From IMG/VR virus record IMGVR_UViG_3300042549_006197, positions 9,164-73,163 of that record: a stretch of DNA of 64,000 bases, one strand, 5' to 3'. Positions 8,965-17,920 of the stretch are shown in pieces. Source of the DNA: a virus (taxonomy: Duplodnaviria; Caudoviricetes). The notes below the pieces were generated by a model. The model was not told where the DNA came from and searched no databases. It was given only the letters and a program-made list of their open reading frames with translations. Both the position numbers and the translations under genes were made by a program. Every line of letters starts with the position of its first letter. Position 1 is the stretch's first letter.

Positions 8965-9697
8965 CTTCTTTAATTGCATTTAAGAACTGATCGATCTGAC
9001 GACCAAATCCTACACCGCCACGTTCATACCAGTAATCATAATCACATTCGACATAATTACGAAACTCATGGCCTCCAACAGTCAAACCATCTCGAATTGC
9101 AAGATTAGTCAGAACACTTTGATCGTTTCTGTGTGCAACAAAACCTTCCAGTTCTTCACCTTCCACACTTGGATCATTGTTAATGATGCGAGGATCTAAA
9201 CAATATTTTTGCCATTCAGCAATCATTTCTCTTGTTTTGTCAGTGACTTTCCAGACCATAAAACCACATTCAAGTTGACGCTCATTCCAATAGTCTTCCT
9301 CATCACAATCCATTAGAATAAAACAGTCGCGTTTAGTATACTGACCGTTCATATTGTTGCTGATTAACAACATTGAAATGTCATCCGTATCATTCATCTC
9401 CTTCTCAACATACAGTCTCAAACCAGGAGAGAACATATCACCACAGTCACAGTAGAGAACATAATCTCCGTCTGCAGCGTGTTCCATTGCTTGCGAAATG
9501 ACATAGGGTTTCCATGCCCACCACCCAGCTCCAACTGGAGCATCAAGAAGTTCTTTATTCTCAGCATAAAAATCTGTGGTTTCTAACCATTCCCGATTAT
9601 ATGCATGATGACAAAATTCTTCCTCATGAATATCATGAAGATACTTTTGTTTGTCTAAAAACTTTTCGTTTGCAAATGTTACCAAATGCCAAGTCAT
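8957..9697 (-). CDS. putative glycosyltransferase
   Basis: WAWKPYVI, YCDCGD, HRNDQSVLT, seen in GT-A fold proteins. Confidence 0.6.
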   Translation of the reverse strand: MTWHLVTFANEKFLDKQKYLHDIHEEEFCHHAYNREWLETTDFYAENKELLDAPVGAGWWAWKPYVISQAMEHAADGDYVLYCDCGDMFSPGLRLYVEKEMNDTDDISMLLISNNMNGQYTKRDCFILMDCDEEDYWNERQLECGFMVWKVTDKTREMIAEWQKYCLDPRIINNDPSVEGEELEGFVAHRNDQSVLTNLAIRDGLTVGGHEFRNYVECDYDYWYERGGVGFGRQIDQFLNAIKEDA

Positions 9698-10572
9698 TTT
9701 AGTCTCTCCCTAACGTAATCTTGGTTCTCGTAGTATTCGATCAGTTGTTCTTTTGAAAGTGTTTTTAAGTATTCCCACAAAGCATTATTATTTTGCATAT
9801 GTGGATTATGGAACCAAGAGTTTTGAGTTCTTTGATGTTCCAGATGATACGCATGATTATCTACTCTACCAATATTATACCCTAAAGTTTGCCATCTGTG
9901 GTGCCGTTCACAATCTTCTGGAGCATATGCAATAAAACCTTCGTTCTCCAGATATCCATCCATATAAACTTTGCGGTTGAAGAACTGTACCATTCCATAT
10001 TCAGCCCAACCTTCTCCTTGGTTGCTTGGATAGTAGAAGAATCGATCATCAAAACAGGTTGAATCATATTCTTTGATAAAGCGAGATACAAACTCATCTT
10101 TCTCAAAGTTGTCCATATCATCTTGAGTTTCAATCGTAAACCCAAGATTTACTTTGCGCTCTCCGTGATTGCCATAACGATATGGATAAACTACATCATA
10201 CTCACCCTGGAGCATTTCTACAACTTTGGTATAAGTATCTAATGGGAGAAGAAGATCAGTATCATAGTTGACCACAATATCACACTTGGATCCCATGATC
10301 ATATCGTTAAGAACCTTTGTACGATGAAATGCATCATCCGTCCGAGTTTCTTCTTCAAAGATAAAGTTTAAATTAGTAGTGTCAACCAATCTTTTAATGA
10401 TGGGAAGTGCATAAGTTTCAAACCTACGCTCAGAATCTACTTCTTTGATTGTGACAGTGCAGTCAAAGTGATGTAAAAGATAAGACGTAGAAAGGATTAC
10501 ATTCCTCAAACGATCTCCAGTATCAATTCTTAATGGGACAATAAAGTCCACATTTTTCAAATCAGTTTTCAT
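9694..10572 (-). CDS. glycosyltransferase (GT2/GT7-like)
   Basis: FIVPLRID..R..N, YDTD, NEGFIAYAPED, YHLEH. Confidence 0.75.
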   Translation of the reverse strand: MKTDLKNVDFIVPLRIDTGDRLRNVILSTSYLLHHFDCTVTIKEVDSERRFETYALPIIKRLVDTTNLNFIFEEETRTDDAFHRTKVLNDMIMGSKCDIVVNYDTDLLLPLDTYTKVVEMLQGEYDVVYPYRYGNHGERKVNLGFTIETQDDMDNFEKDEFVSRFIKEYDSTCFDDRFFYYPSNQGEGWAEYGMVQFFNRKVYMDGYLENEGFIAYAPEDCERHHRWQTLGYNIGRVDNHAYHLEHQRTQNSWFHNPHMQNNNALWEYLKTLSKEQLIEYYENQDYVRERLK

Positions 10573-11371
10573 TTACCATACTCCATTCTTCTGGGAATAA
10601 ATCCTTCGTTAATTTATCTGCATTATTAGGTCCAAACCATTTTGATGGATAGACAACTTTCTTATCTTTGTTTCTAGAAAGCCATGCACCCCACCAAGAG
10701 AATGTGGAGTTAGCAATAATAAAATCAGAACACATTGACATCAAACACAAGTCCACATAAGAACTGCCGCTTTCACATACGGAAAATCTATCTGATGAAA
10801 ACAGTTCTTGTTCCTTACACCAGACAGGATCATCAGAAAAGATAACTACGTTTTGATCTTCAGGAAACTCTTTCAAAGCATTCTCATAATATTTCATAGA
10901 CAAATTATGATGATTTAAAGAGTTAATTAAAAAATCTCCACGACGTATATGAAGTGCAATTGAACCCTGCATATAGGGTCTATGTGGTTCACATGCCTCT
11001 AGATATTCTCTTTTAAAAGTAAATTCATTTCGAATATCTTCTTCAATATGCTTGAAGTATTTTTCAGATTGAAAGTATCCAATAATCGTCACATTGTCTG
11101 GACAATTATCAAGAATATCTTCATCAAAATGAAAATGCATTTCTGTTCTTGCACCATCAGCCAATAGATACCCAGTCTGTTGTGGTTGTATATCAAATAC
11201 ATCAAACAACTCAATTCTAAGAATGTTCCCTAGAGAGTCTTTGATTTTTTCTGAGTGATCTGGAATGGTATAACCATATCCACGTTTAGCAGCAATGCCC
11301 CTAATAGCAGCATACTGGAACATCTGGTTTCCCAGTTGTCCCATTCTACCAAGATAATTTAATCCAATCAT
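10562..11371 (-). CDS. alpha-1,2-fucosyltransferase-like (GT11)
   Basis: GQLGNQMFQYA, GYFQSEKYF, HIRRGD, ANSTFSWWGAWL. Confidence 0.9.
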   Translation of the reverse strand: MIGLNYLGRMGQLGNQMFQYAAIRGIAAKRGYGYTIPDHSEKIKDSLGNILRIELFDVFDIQPQQTGYLLADGARTEMHFHFDEDILDNCPDNVTIIGYFQSEKYFKHIEEDIRNEFTFKREYLEACEPHRPYMQGSIALHIRRGDFLINSLNHHNLSMKYYENALKEFPEDQNVVIFSDDPVWCKEQELFSSDRFSVCESGSSYVDLCLMSMCSDFIIANSTFSWWGAWLSRNKDKKVVYPSKWFGPNNADKLTKDLFPEEWSMVNEN

Positions 11372-12188
11372 CGGGAAGTAAATCTTTAGTGTCGTTATCT
11401 TTTAAAAGTTCTGGACCAAACCAGGGATCTGGTGCAACCACAGGATTTGTACGATTCTTTTGTAACCATGCACCCCACCAGCTCAATGTGCTAGGAGAAA
11501 TAATGGCACCATTACAAAGACTCATCAAACATAGATCAGTATAAGGGATAAAAGAGTTTCTGTAAACCCCATCACCTTCCATACACTTATGAGAATATTG
11601 TTGCACACTTTCATTAATTAAGAATCTTTCATCGGAGAAAAATTCTTGTTCCTTACACCATGCAACATCATCACTACAAATCAAAACCATTGCATTATCG
11701 TCAAAGTTCTCCAGAGCCTTACGATAATAATCAAATGTAGGAACTGGATGCAGATGCTCTCTACCTACATTGTCTCCACGACGAACATGAAGGAAGATGA
11801 CATTATTAAACTGATCTATAAAGTCTTCACAAGGAATTCGAATGTCATCAATGAATTCAAAGTCTTCACGAATTTCATCTTCAATATGCTTGAAGTATTT
11901 CTCAGACTGAAGATATCCATCCAGGTTTGTATTATCTGTAAAATTTTCAAAAAGATCTTCATCAAAATGAAAATGTGCCTCATCTCTAGTTGGATAAGGC
12001 ACTTCACCAATATTTTTAAGATGCTTCAGTTTAAATGGATGGTGAATTCCATAGTTGGCAGTGCGACTACCATCCTCAGGAATACACCAATGATAACCAT
12101 GCTTAGCTGCGATGCCACGTAAAGCGGCATATTGGAAGAGTTGATTTCCAAATCTTCCATTAATACCTAATCGATTATAACCAATCAT
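11346..12188 (-). CDS. alpha-1,2-fucosyltransferase-like (GT11)
   Basis: GRFGNQLFQYA, GYLQSEKYF, HVRRGD, STLSWWGAWL; tandem paralog of neighbour. Confidence 0.9.
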   Translation of the reverse strand: MIGYNRLGINGRFGNQLFQYAALRGIAAKHGYHWCIPEDGSRTANYGIHHPFKLKHLKNIGEVPYPTRDEAHFHFDEDLFENFTDNTNLDGYLQSEKYFKHIEDEIREDFEFIDDIRIPCEDFIDQFNNVIFLHVRRGDNVGREHLHPVPTFDYYRKALENFDDNAMVLICSDDVAWCKEQEFFSDERFLINESVQQYSHKCMEGDGVYRNSFIPYTDLCLMSLCNGAIISPSTLSWWGAWLQKNRTNPVVAPDPWFGPELLKDNDTKDLLPDDWIKLSW

Positions 12189-13300
12189 AACTCAATCCAG
12201 AATACTTCTTCGTTAGGAATACCAAAGATAATTCTATCATCACATTGAGATTTTACATAGTCCTCAACGACATAAACCCTATAACCGTGATTCAAAAGGT
12301 TCAAGCACAGACGATATTGCTGACTCTCAGTAATGATATCTGTTCCTTCTTTGTAGGAAACATAATGAAATGCAAAAGGAAGATTCCTTTCATTCTTCTT
12401 CATGAAATAGTTCGTGAGGAAGATTGCATGTTCATCATTAAAATTATCAGTTGTATATCCAAGGTTATAAACGAGACCCATCTTCTTAGCGAAAGATGCA
12501 AAAGAGCGATTGTCTCTTGGCAGACATGGACCACCATACCCATAACCATACTTAAGGAACTTTCTTCCTACTCGACTGTCATCACCGATAGCACCAAGGA
12601 CTGTATCAATCTCATCTTCAAGGCCAGCGAGAGTCATAACTTCGCCAAGCATATTTGCATAACTGATCTTGGTGGTAAGGAAACAGTTCGTTGCAAGTTT
12701 TACAATCTCTGCTGCCTTTGTAGACATGAAGTTAATCTTTGGTTCGGTTACCTGAATTGCATGATACATTTCAGATAATTTATCATACACATCATTATTG
12801 TAACCTCCAATCAGAACCATATCAGCTCTTTGAAGATCTCGAACGATTGTTCCTTGTGCAATGAACTCTGGATTATAAAATACATTGACTCCACATTCAT
12901 CTAATGCATCTTGGAATGAATCACAGTCTCCTGGATTTGTGGTGCATCCAACGATCAGAGTTTTACCTTCAACAGAAAACTCTGCATTTTGGAAATCCTT
13001 TACTACTTCCCACACAGCACTTACATCATAATCCCCAGAAGGAAGTGATGGTGTTGCAACAAGAGTAAAGATAAGATCACACTGTTTAATAACTTCTACG
13101 TTATCAACAACTGCCACAAAATTCTTAGCATCATCAAGCAGTTCTTCTACTTGAGGCTCATTAGTGGTAATGACTCTATTGTTCAGACCGTCAACATAAT
13201 CGTGGCGGCAATCAGAAACGATAACATCATAACCTGCTTTTTCCAGAAGAAGAGCAAGGCAGATACCAAGTCTGCCTGCTCCGATGACTCCAATTTTCAT
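12185..13300 (-). CDS. UDP-glucose/GDP-mannose 6-dehydrogenase family
   Basis: GAGRLG Rossmann motif, YNPEF, AEIVKLATN, GYGGPCLPRD. Confidence 0.9.
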   Translation of the reverse strand: MKIGVIGAGRLGICLALLLEKAGYDVIVSDCRHDYVDGLNNRVITTNEPQVEELLDDAKNFVAVVDNVEVIKQCDLIFTLVATPSLPSGDYDVSAVWEVVKDFQNAEFSVEGKTLIVGCTTNPGDCDSFQDALDECGVNVFYNPEFIAQGTIVRDLQRADMVLIGGYNNDVYDKLSEMYHAIQVTEPKINFMSTKAAEIVKLATNCFLTTKISYANMLGEVMTLAGLEDEIDTVLGAIGDDSRVGRKFLKYGYGYGGPCLPRDNRSFASFAKKMGLVYNLGYTTDNFNDEHAIFLTNYFMKKNERNLPFAFHYVSYKEGTDIITESQQYRLCLNLLNHGYRVYVVEDYVKSQCDDRIIFGIPNEEVFWIEL

Positions 13301-14037
13301 AGTTTAAATGTGGGGATGGGTTCCATTTTATGTTTGTTTTGGGAGTTGAATTTTTGAAGAACTTCAACACCAGGACCAGTTCCGTACTCCATTGCTTCTT
13401 CCAGTTGAACATATGAAGCTCCAAGTTGATCTTCATCTGTTCTACCATCATCCCACAGACCATCTGTAGGAGCAGCGTTAATAATACGTTCGTCTACACC
13501 AAAGTGTTTGCCAAGTTCCCATACTTCAGTCTTATACAGATCTGCGATAGGAGCAATGTCAACTCCCCCGTCACCATATTTAGTATAGAACCCGACACCA
13601 TAATCTTCAACCTTGTTACCAGTACCCACTACAATACCACCGACAGTTGTAGCAACTTGATAAAGAGTTACCATGCGAAGACGTGAACGACTGTTTGCAA
13701 GAGCGTGTTTGTCAGCACCAAATTCGCGCATGGTGAATTCAAAGGTATTAAACACTTTTGAAAGATCAAACTTTTGAACTACAACGTTACTAAAGTTTGA
13801 TTCAAGCCACTCAAGGTGAGCATCAGAAAGAGTTTCTTGTTCTTCCTTTTGATAGATTGGCATTCCCAGCGTGTACACAGGAAGACCAGTCTTAGCAGCA
13901 AGAGTTGATGACACTGCAGAGTCAATACCTCCAGAGACACCAATAACAAATGCTTTAATATTAAATTGTTCTGCGTAGTCCTTTAACCAAGAAACGATAC
14001 GTGTTTCAAGTTCAGAATAGTTTTCAATGCGGTTCAT
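13297..14037 (-). CDS. nadE: NH3-dependent NAD+ synthetase
   Basis: SGGIDS, RLRM, GTGNKVED..GFYTKYGDG, PTDGLW. Confidence 0.92.
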   Translation of the reverse strand: MNRIENYSELETRIVSWLKDYAEQFNIKAFVIGVSGGIDSAVSSTLAAKTGLPVYTLGMPIYQKEEQETLSDAHLEWLESNFSNVVVQKFDLSKVFNTFEFTMREFGADKHALANSRSRLRMVTLYQVATTVGGIVVGTGNKVEDYGVGFYTKYGDGGVDIAPIADLYKTEVWELGKHFGVDERIINAAPTDGLWDDGRTDEDQLGASYVQLEEAMEYGTGPGVEVLQKFNSQNKHKMEPIPTFKL

Positions 14038-15095
14038 TGTTCAGCGTGTTTTTTCTCAATTTGTTCGTTAATCCATGCGTATGTTTTAGCAATACCCTCT
14101 TCGAGAGTCATGGAGTAGTCCCATCCTAACTTAGAACGAATAAGATCGTTGTTACTATTGCGACCACGGACACCCAATGGTGCATTTAAAATATGTTCTT
14201 TATCAACATATTTGTTTGCTACCTTTGCAGCAGTATCCACAAGTTGATTGATAGTAACCATTTCTTCAGATCCAATATTCACTGGACCCATGAAATCACT
14301 TTCCATCATTCTACGGGTTGCTTCGATGCATTCATCGATGTACAGGAAGGAACGAGTCTGTAAACCGTCTCCCCACACCTCGATTTTTCCTCCTGCGACT
14401 GGAAGATAGGCCACCTTGCGGCAGATTGCTGCGGGTGCTTTTTCTCTTCCACCTTCCCAGGTTCCTTCAGGACCAAAGATATTATGGTAGCGAGCGACCC
14501 GTACAGGGATGCCATGGTTACGGTTATAAGCGAAAAAGAGTCGCTCACTAAAAAGTTTTTCCCAACCGTACTCTGAGTCTGGAGCAGCAGGATATGCAGA
14601 TTCTTCACGACAATCGGGATTATCGGGATCAAGTTGATTATATTCTGGATACATACAAGCAGAACCAGAATAAAAAATCTTAGTTACATTTTTACCAAGG
14701 CGCTCGTTCATCTGACGCTGCATTTCAAGAATGTTCAGATTGATTGCGCAGGAGTTATGCATGATTTCTGCATCGTTTTCTCCAGTGAAAACGAAACCTG
14801 CTCCCCCCATATCAGCTGCAAACTGATAGATCTCATCAAATGGTTGAATATAACGATAAGGAACTGACTGATAAAAATTACCAGCATCTCCTTTCCATTC
14901 GAGAACACGAGCAACAAAATCTACATCGCGGAGATCTCCAACAACAAATTCATTTGCCTCTGTTTTGGAAAACTCAGGACGCTTAAGATCTACACCACGA
15001 ACCCAATATCCTTCAGCTCGCAGTCTTTTTACCATGTGACTTCCAATGAAACCACCAGCACCAAGGACCAGTGCCTTCTTAACGTATTGACTCAT
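14034..15095 (-). CDS. NAD-dependent epimerase, GDP-mannose 3,5-epimerase-like (WcaG family)
   Basis: GAGGFIG, AADMGGAGF, YGWEK, REKAPAAICRK, WGDGLQTRSF. Confidence 0.9.
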   Translation of the reverse strand: MSQYVKKALVLGAGGFIGSHMVKRLRAEGYWVRGVDLKRPEFSKTEANEFVVGDLRDVDFVARVLEWKGDAGNFYQSVPYRYIQPFDEIYQFAADMGGAGFVFTGENDAEIMHNSCAINLNILEMQRQMNERLGKNVTKIFYSGSACMYPEYNQLDPDNPDCREESAYPAAPDSEYGWEKLFSERLFFAYNRNHGIPVRVARYHNIFGPEGTWEGGREKAPAAICRKVAYLPVAGGKIEVWGDGLQTRSFLYIDECIEATRRMMESDFMGPVNIGSEEMVTINQLVDTAAKVANKYVDKEHILNAPLGVRGRNSNNDLIRSKLGWDYSMTLEEGIAKTYAWINEQIEKKHAEQ

Positions 15096-15121
15096 AAAAT
15101 TATTAATTGTTCTCTGTATAT

Positions 15122-15150
15122 ATCATACAGAAAAAGGAGGTTATTGTCAA
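15122..15150 (-). promoter_or_regulatory. sigma70-type promoter for glycosylation operon
   Basis: TTGACA-N17-TATGAT. Confidence 0.75.
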
Positions 15151-16196
15151 GTACATGGGATGTGTATAACATCGTTAAATTGTTCCATTGAAAGTCTTGT
15201 AAGTGCTAAAAAAGTTCCAGCTTTAATTGCAAAAGAAAATCTATCCATCTGTGCCAAATTTGAAAGAGGCATTACTTTGTGTTTAATTGAAGAATCAAAA
15301 ACTATAACTCTCCCCGGCTTAAAATCGACTGCCTTATGAAAAGGTGAATCTTCGCTGTAAAATTTAATATCTCCAGCCCACACATCATCCCATTCAATAT
15401 TTGGATATATTAGAATTGTTACTCCATTTGAATTATTTGAAAGATCGACGTGAGCACTTGTTGTAGTTGATTTTGTATAATGCCCAATATAATATTGTGT
15501 GAGAAATAGATCTTGTCCCAATTCATTTGCAATTCTTCTAAAATATGGTATCAAACCAGTTCTTATAAGATCCTCTTTAGACAAGTGGGAGGCAAATCTG
15601 GTGGATCGATCTTTATCTTTAGAAAAACCGTTACTTACATGTGAACAGATATATTGTGAGTTTGTCGCAAAAGCATATAAACTATGCGTAAAATGATATG
15701 GAAACAAATTATCCATTATTTTAATATCATTTTCGACTGAATTTTTTGAAAATGGATTTATTTTTCTATTTAAAGAATCTAAAAGAATATTATATAATCG
15801 TATATAATAATCGGATTTATTTGAGTTTAAAGATATGAGATTTACCTTACAAATTTTTACTATATCGGATAATGTTTGATTGTCCCAACTAAAATTTCCC
15901 CTTAAAATATCATTTTCTCTGTCTTTTAATAAACACATTTCATATACTAATTTTTCAGCATATTCTCCTATTTCATTTCGTATCAATTCTCTATCATTTT
16001 CTATTGTTTGAACAGTCACATTAAAATAGCAAGTGCCGTAGATTGAATGATACAATCCTGCATTACATACGTCTTCCGACATATTTTCTTTTCTTAATAT
16101 TTCATATACTTCAATACAATGGTTGATAAATTTTTCGGTTGCAATTGGAGATTGTTTAACCAATTCAATAAATTTTTCTACCATAATTACATTCAA
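15147..16196 (-). CDS. HD-like domain fused to 2OG-Fe(II) oxygenase
   Basis: N-term H...AGLYHSIYGT; C-term HVD..H..R with W..GDIKF and PGRVIVFDS; AT-rich. Confidence 0.75.
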   Translation of the reverse strand: MNVIMVEKFIELVKQSPIATEKFINHCIEVYEILRKENMSEDVCNAGLYHSIYGTCYFNVTVQTIENDRELIRNEIGEYAEKLVYEMCLLKDRENDILRGNFSWDNQTLSDIVKICKVNLISLNSNKSDYYIRLYNILLDSLNRKINPFSKNSVENDIKIMDNLFPYHFTHSLYAFATNSQYICSHVSNGFSKDKDRSTRFASHLSKEDLIRTGLIPYFRRIANELGQDLFLTQYYIGHYTKSTTTSAHVDLSNNSNGVTILIYPNIEWDDVWAGDIKFYSEDSPFHKAVDFKPGRVIVFDSSIKHKVMPLSNLAQMDRFSFAIKAGTFLALTRLSMEQFNDVIHIPCT

Positions 16197-16209
16197 ATTT
16201 TTAAAAAAA

Positions 16210-16217
16210 TATTTATA
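16210..16217 (-). promoter_or_regulatory. T4-type late promoter
   Basis: TATAAATA upstream of the HD-2OG gene. Confidence 0.7.
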
Positions 16218-16220
16218 CTA

Positions 16221-16246
16221 AAAAGGGAGATTGATATCAATCTCCC
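16221..16246 (-). terminator. terminator-like hairpin
   Basis: GGGAGATTGATATCAATCTCCC palindrome followed by TTTT. Confidence 0.7.
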
Positions 16247-16253
16247 AATGATT

Positions 16254-16343
16254 CAGGCTCGCCACCAATTCTTTAACTGGAAATTGGAAACCAGGCGGGG
16301 TTGCCCCATCCGCACCACTTGTTTTTTAAAGAAACAAGAAACT
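16254..16343 (-). ncRNA. wcaG-like structured RNA
   Basis: Two stem modules each followed by UGGYG, a GGGG-CAA-CCCC hairpin and CUGG/CCAG pseudoknot potential; lies upstream of a WcaG-family epimerase, as reported for the cyanophage wcaG motif (recalled, not searched). Confidence 0.65.
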
Positions 16344-17053
16344 TATTTTTTTCTAAAAAACCTAAATGGGCATTTGGAGATTTTATTAGAATCAAATATA
16401 ATATCATGATATTTAAATCCCAAACTGTGTCGTTTTGAATTTACAAAAAATATTCTTTTATACATATCCGAAAGTTGTCGTGGATTGATTTCATCATAAA
16501 TTAAATTAAAATTATCATTATGATTTTTACTATGAAATTTTATACAGTATAAAGGATCTCCTCTATTAATAATTATAGGTTTATCTCTATCCACAACAAC
16601 TGCCCCAATATTAATTAATCTGGGCCAATTACTCAAATTAAACCACCCACCACAATGATAAAAATTATTTTTTAAAGATGTTAATGGGTGAGGAAGAATT
16701 GATATCCAAATGTTTTTATCTTTAGTCCAAAAAAAATTACTATACAAATTTGCAATCTGAATTATTGAATGTTTACCGTTATTCCAATTTTTTGCAAGAC
16801 TAACGTATTCATCAAATTCGTTTTGATTTAAATTATTTGAATGAACATAATCAGAATTTGTATCTATTTGTAGATGTAAATTTGATGATGCATAGACAGT
16901 AAAAATTTTAGAACTTTGATGAGCCCATACTGGACAAGATGAAAGAATAGAATCTTCCGAATAACTTGTATCAATTTTTATTGGTACATGCAAATTCTCC
17001 ACAGAAGATGGAGATTTTGGATCAGGATGATAAAAAATTTTTTTACTTTTCAT
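16343..17053 (-). CDS. hypothetical protein (possible dUTPase-like beta fold)
   Basis: AT-rich 236 aa ORF; IIINRGDPLYCIKF; ends KCPF. Confidence 0.6.
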   Translation of the reverse strand: MKSKKIFYHPDPKSPSSVENLHVPIKIDTSYSEDSILSSCPVWAHQSSKIFTVYASSNLHLQIDTNSDYVHSNNLNQNEFDEYVSLAKNWNNGKHSIIQIANLYSNFFWTKDKNIWISILPHPLTSLKNNFYHCGGWFNLSNWPRLINIGAVVVDRDKPIIINRGDPLYCIKFHSKNHNDNFNLIYDEINPRQLSDMYKRIFFVNSKRHSLGFKYHDIIFDSNKISKCPFRFFRKK

Positions 17054-17077
17054 TTTAGGTCAAATTGACTCCACCAC

Positions 17078-17311
17078 TTAGTTTTTCGAAACTAAGAAAA
17101 GTTGGGATAACTTTGATATTTCGGAGATACCAAAGAATGCACATAAGAATAGCACATCCCAAAGTTTAAGTTTAATTGCAAAAGGTATTGTAAGTAAACC
17201 TCCAACACATTTTAACAACAAACCATTTTTAAAATCTCCCCATAACATGATTTGATAACCAGTAATAAGGAAAAGGTTTCCAAGATACCTTAAGATACTT
17301 GATTTAGACAT
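17078..17311 (-). CDS. small 3-TM membrane protein
   Basis: Three hydrophobic segments; paralog of 47156..47413. Confidence 0.7.
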   Translation of the reverse strand: MSKSSILRYLGNLFLITGYQIMLWGDFKNGLLLKCVGGLLTIPFAIKLKLWDVLFLCAFFGISEISKLSQLFLVSKN

Positions 17312-17337
17312 AGGGGGTTTGCTCCCGACCAGTGCTG

Positions 17338-17580
17338 TTATAGACCATCCGTGTCTTCATCATCACGTACATAACAAGGTACACCTTCAGGATCAAGCCA
17401 TTTGGTGTATTCAAAATCTTCCATAGCAGTTGCCAATTGCATTCCATTATCACACAAGTACATGTCAGAATAACGCTTAGTCCAACTATCTGCTTTTTGA
17501 ATTCGATAGTCGGGGAACCCATTTTCTAGGGTTCCACATTCTACATAACGATAAGGAAATCGTTCAAGAATAATGTTCAT
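17338..17580 (-). CDS. conserved cyanophage hypothetical protein
   Basis: ERFPYRYV..G.L.NG.PDYRIQK; ATGA coupling to the upstream ORF. Confidence 0.7.
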   Translation of the reverse strand: MNIILERFPYRYVECGTLENGFPDYRIQKADSWTKRYSDMYLCDNGMQLATAMEDFEYTKWLDPEGVPCYVRDDEDTDGL

Positions 17581-17792
17581 GCTACTTCGACAGATTCGAG
17601 ATCATTGAAGACATATTCCATAAGCATTTCATAGTCATCCAGAGGATCACCAGAGAATACCACACCTTCGCTTTCATAGTAACGACGAACCTTTTTATAA
17701 AGTTTTGGATTCTTTACATCAAGATAGAAATCGCCGCTAGCTGCGCCACGAAGAGTTTGAATGTCTTTCTTGAATTTTGCTGTGAGAGTCAT
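17577..17792 (-). CDS. conserved cyanophage hypothetical protein
   Basis: FYLDVKNPKLYKKVRRYYE; downstream of a promoter. Confidence 0.7.
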   Translation of the reverse strand: MTLTAKFKKDIQTLRGAASGDFYLDVKNPKLYKKVRRYYESEGVVFSGDPLDDYEMLMEYVFNDLESVEVA

Positions 17793-17814
17793 TGTTTTGA
17801 ATGTTGACCTTGAT

Positions 17815-17844
17815 ATTATACTAGTTTGACAGGTGACCTGTCAA
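17815..17844 (-). promoter_or_regulatory. sigma70-type promoter with palindrome
   Basis: TTGACA-N18-TATAAT; TTGACAGGT-C-ACCTGTCAA perfect inverted repeat. Confidence 0.7.
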
Positions 17845-17845
17845 G

Positions 17846-17918
17846 TGCTCCTTGAGGGGATTGAACCCACCTTAGCCGAATTATGAGTTCGGTGCATTCA
17901 CCAGATTGCTAAAGGAGC
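17846..17918 (-). tRNA. tRNA-CAT (Met or lysidine-type Ile2)
   Basis: Cloverleaf GCTCCTT/AAGGAGC, anticodon arm CCGAA-CTCATAA-TTCGG, GGTTCAA T-loop. Confidence 0.88.
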
Positions 17919-17920
17919 AT

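Noticed and set aside
16254-17355. CRISPR-like or attC/integron interpretation of the repeated modules
   Set aside because: Repeats are not identical in sequence, spacing is irregular, and no cas or integrase gene is in the window; the RNA-structure interpretation is kept instead.
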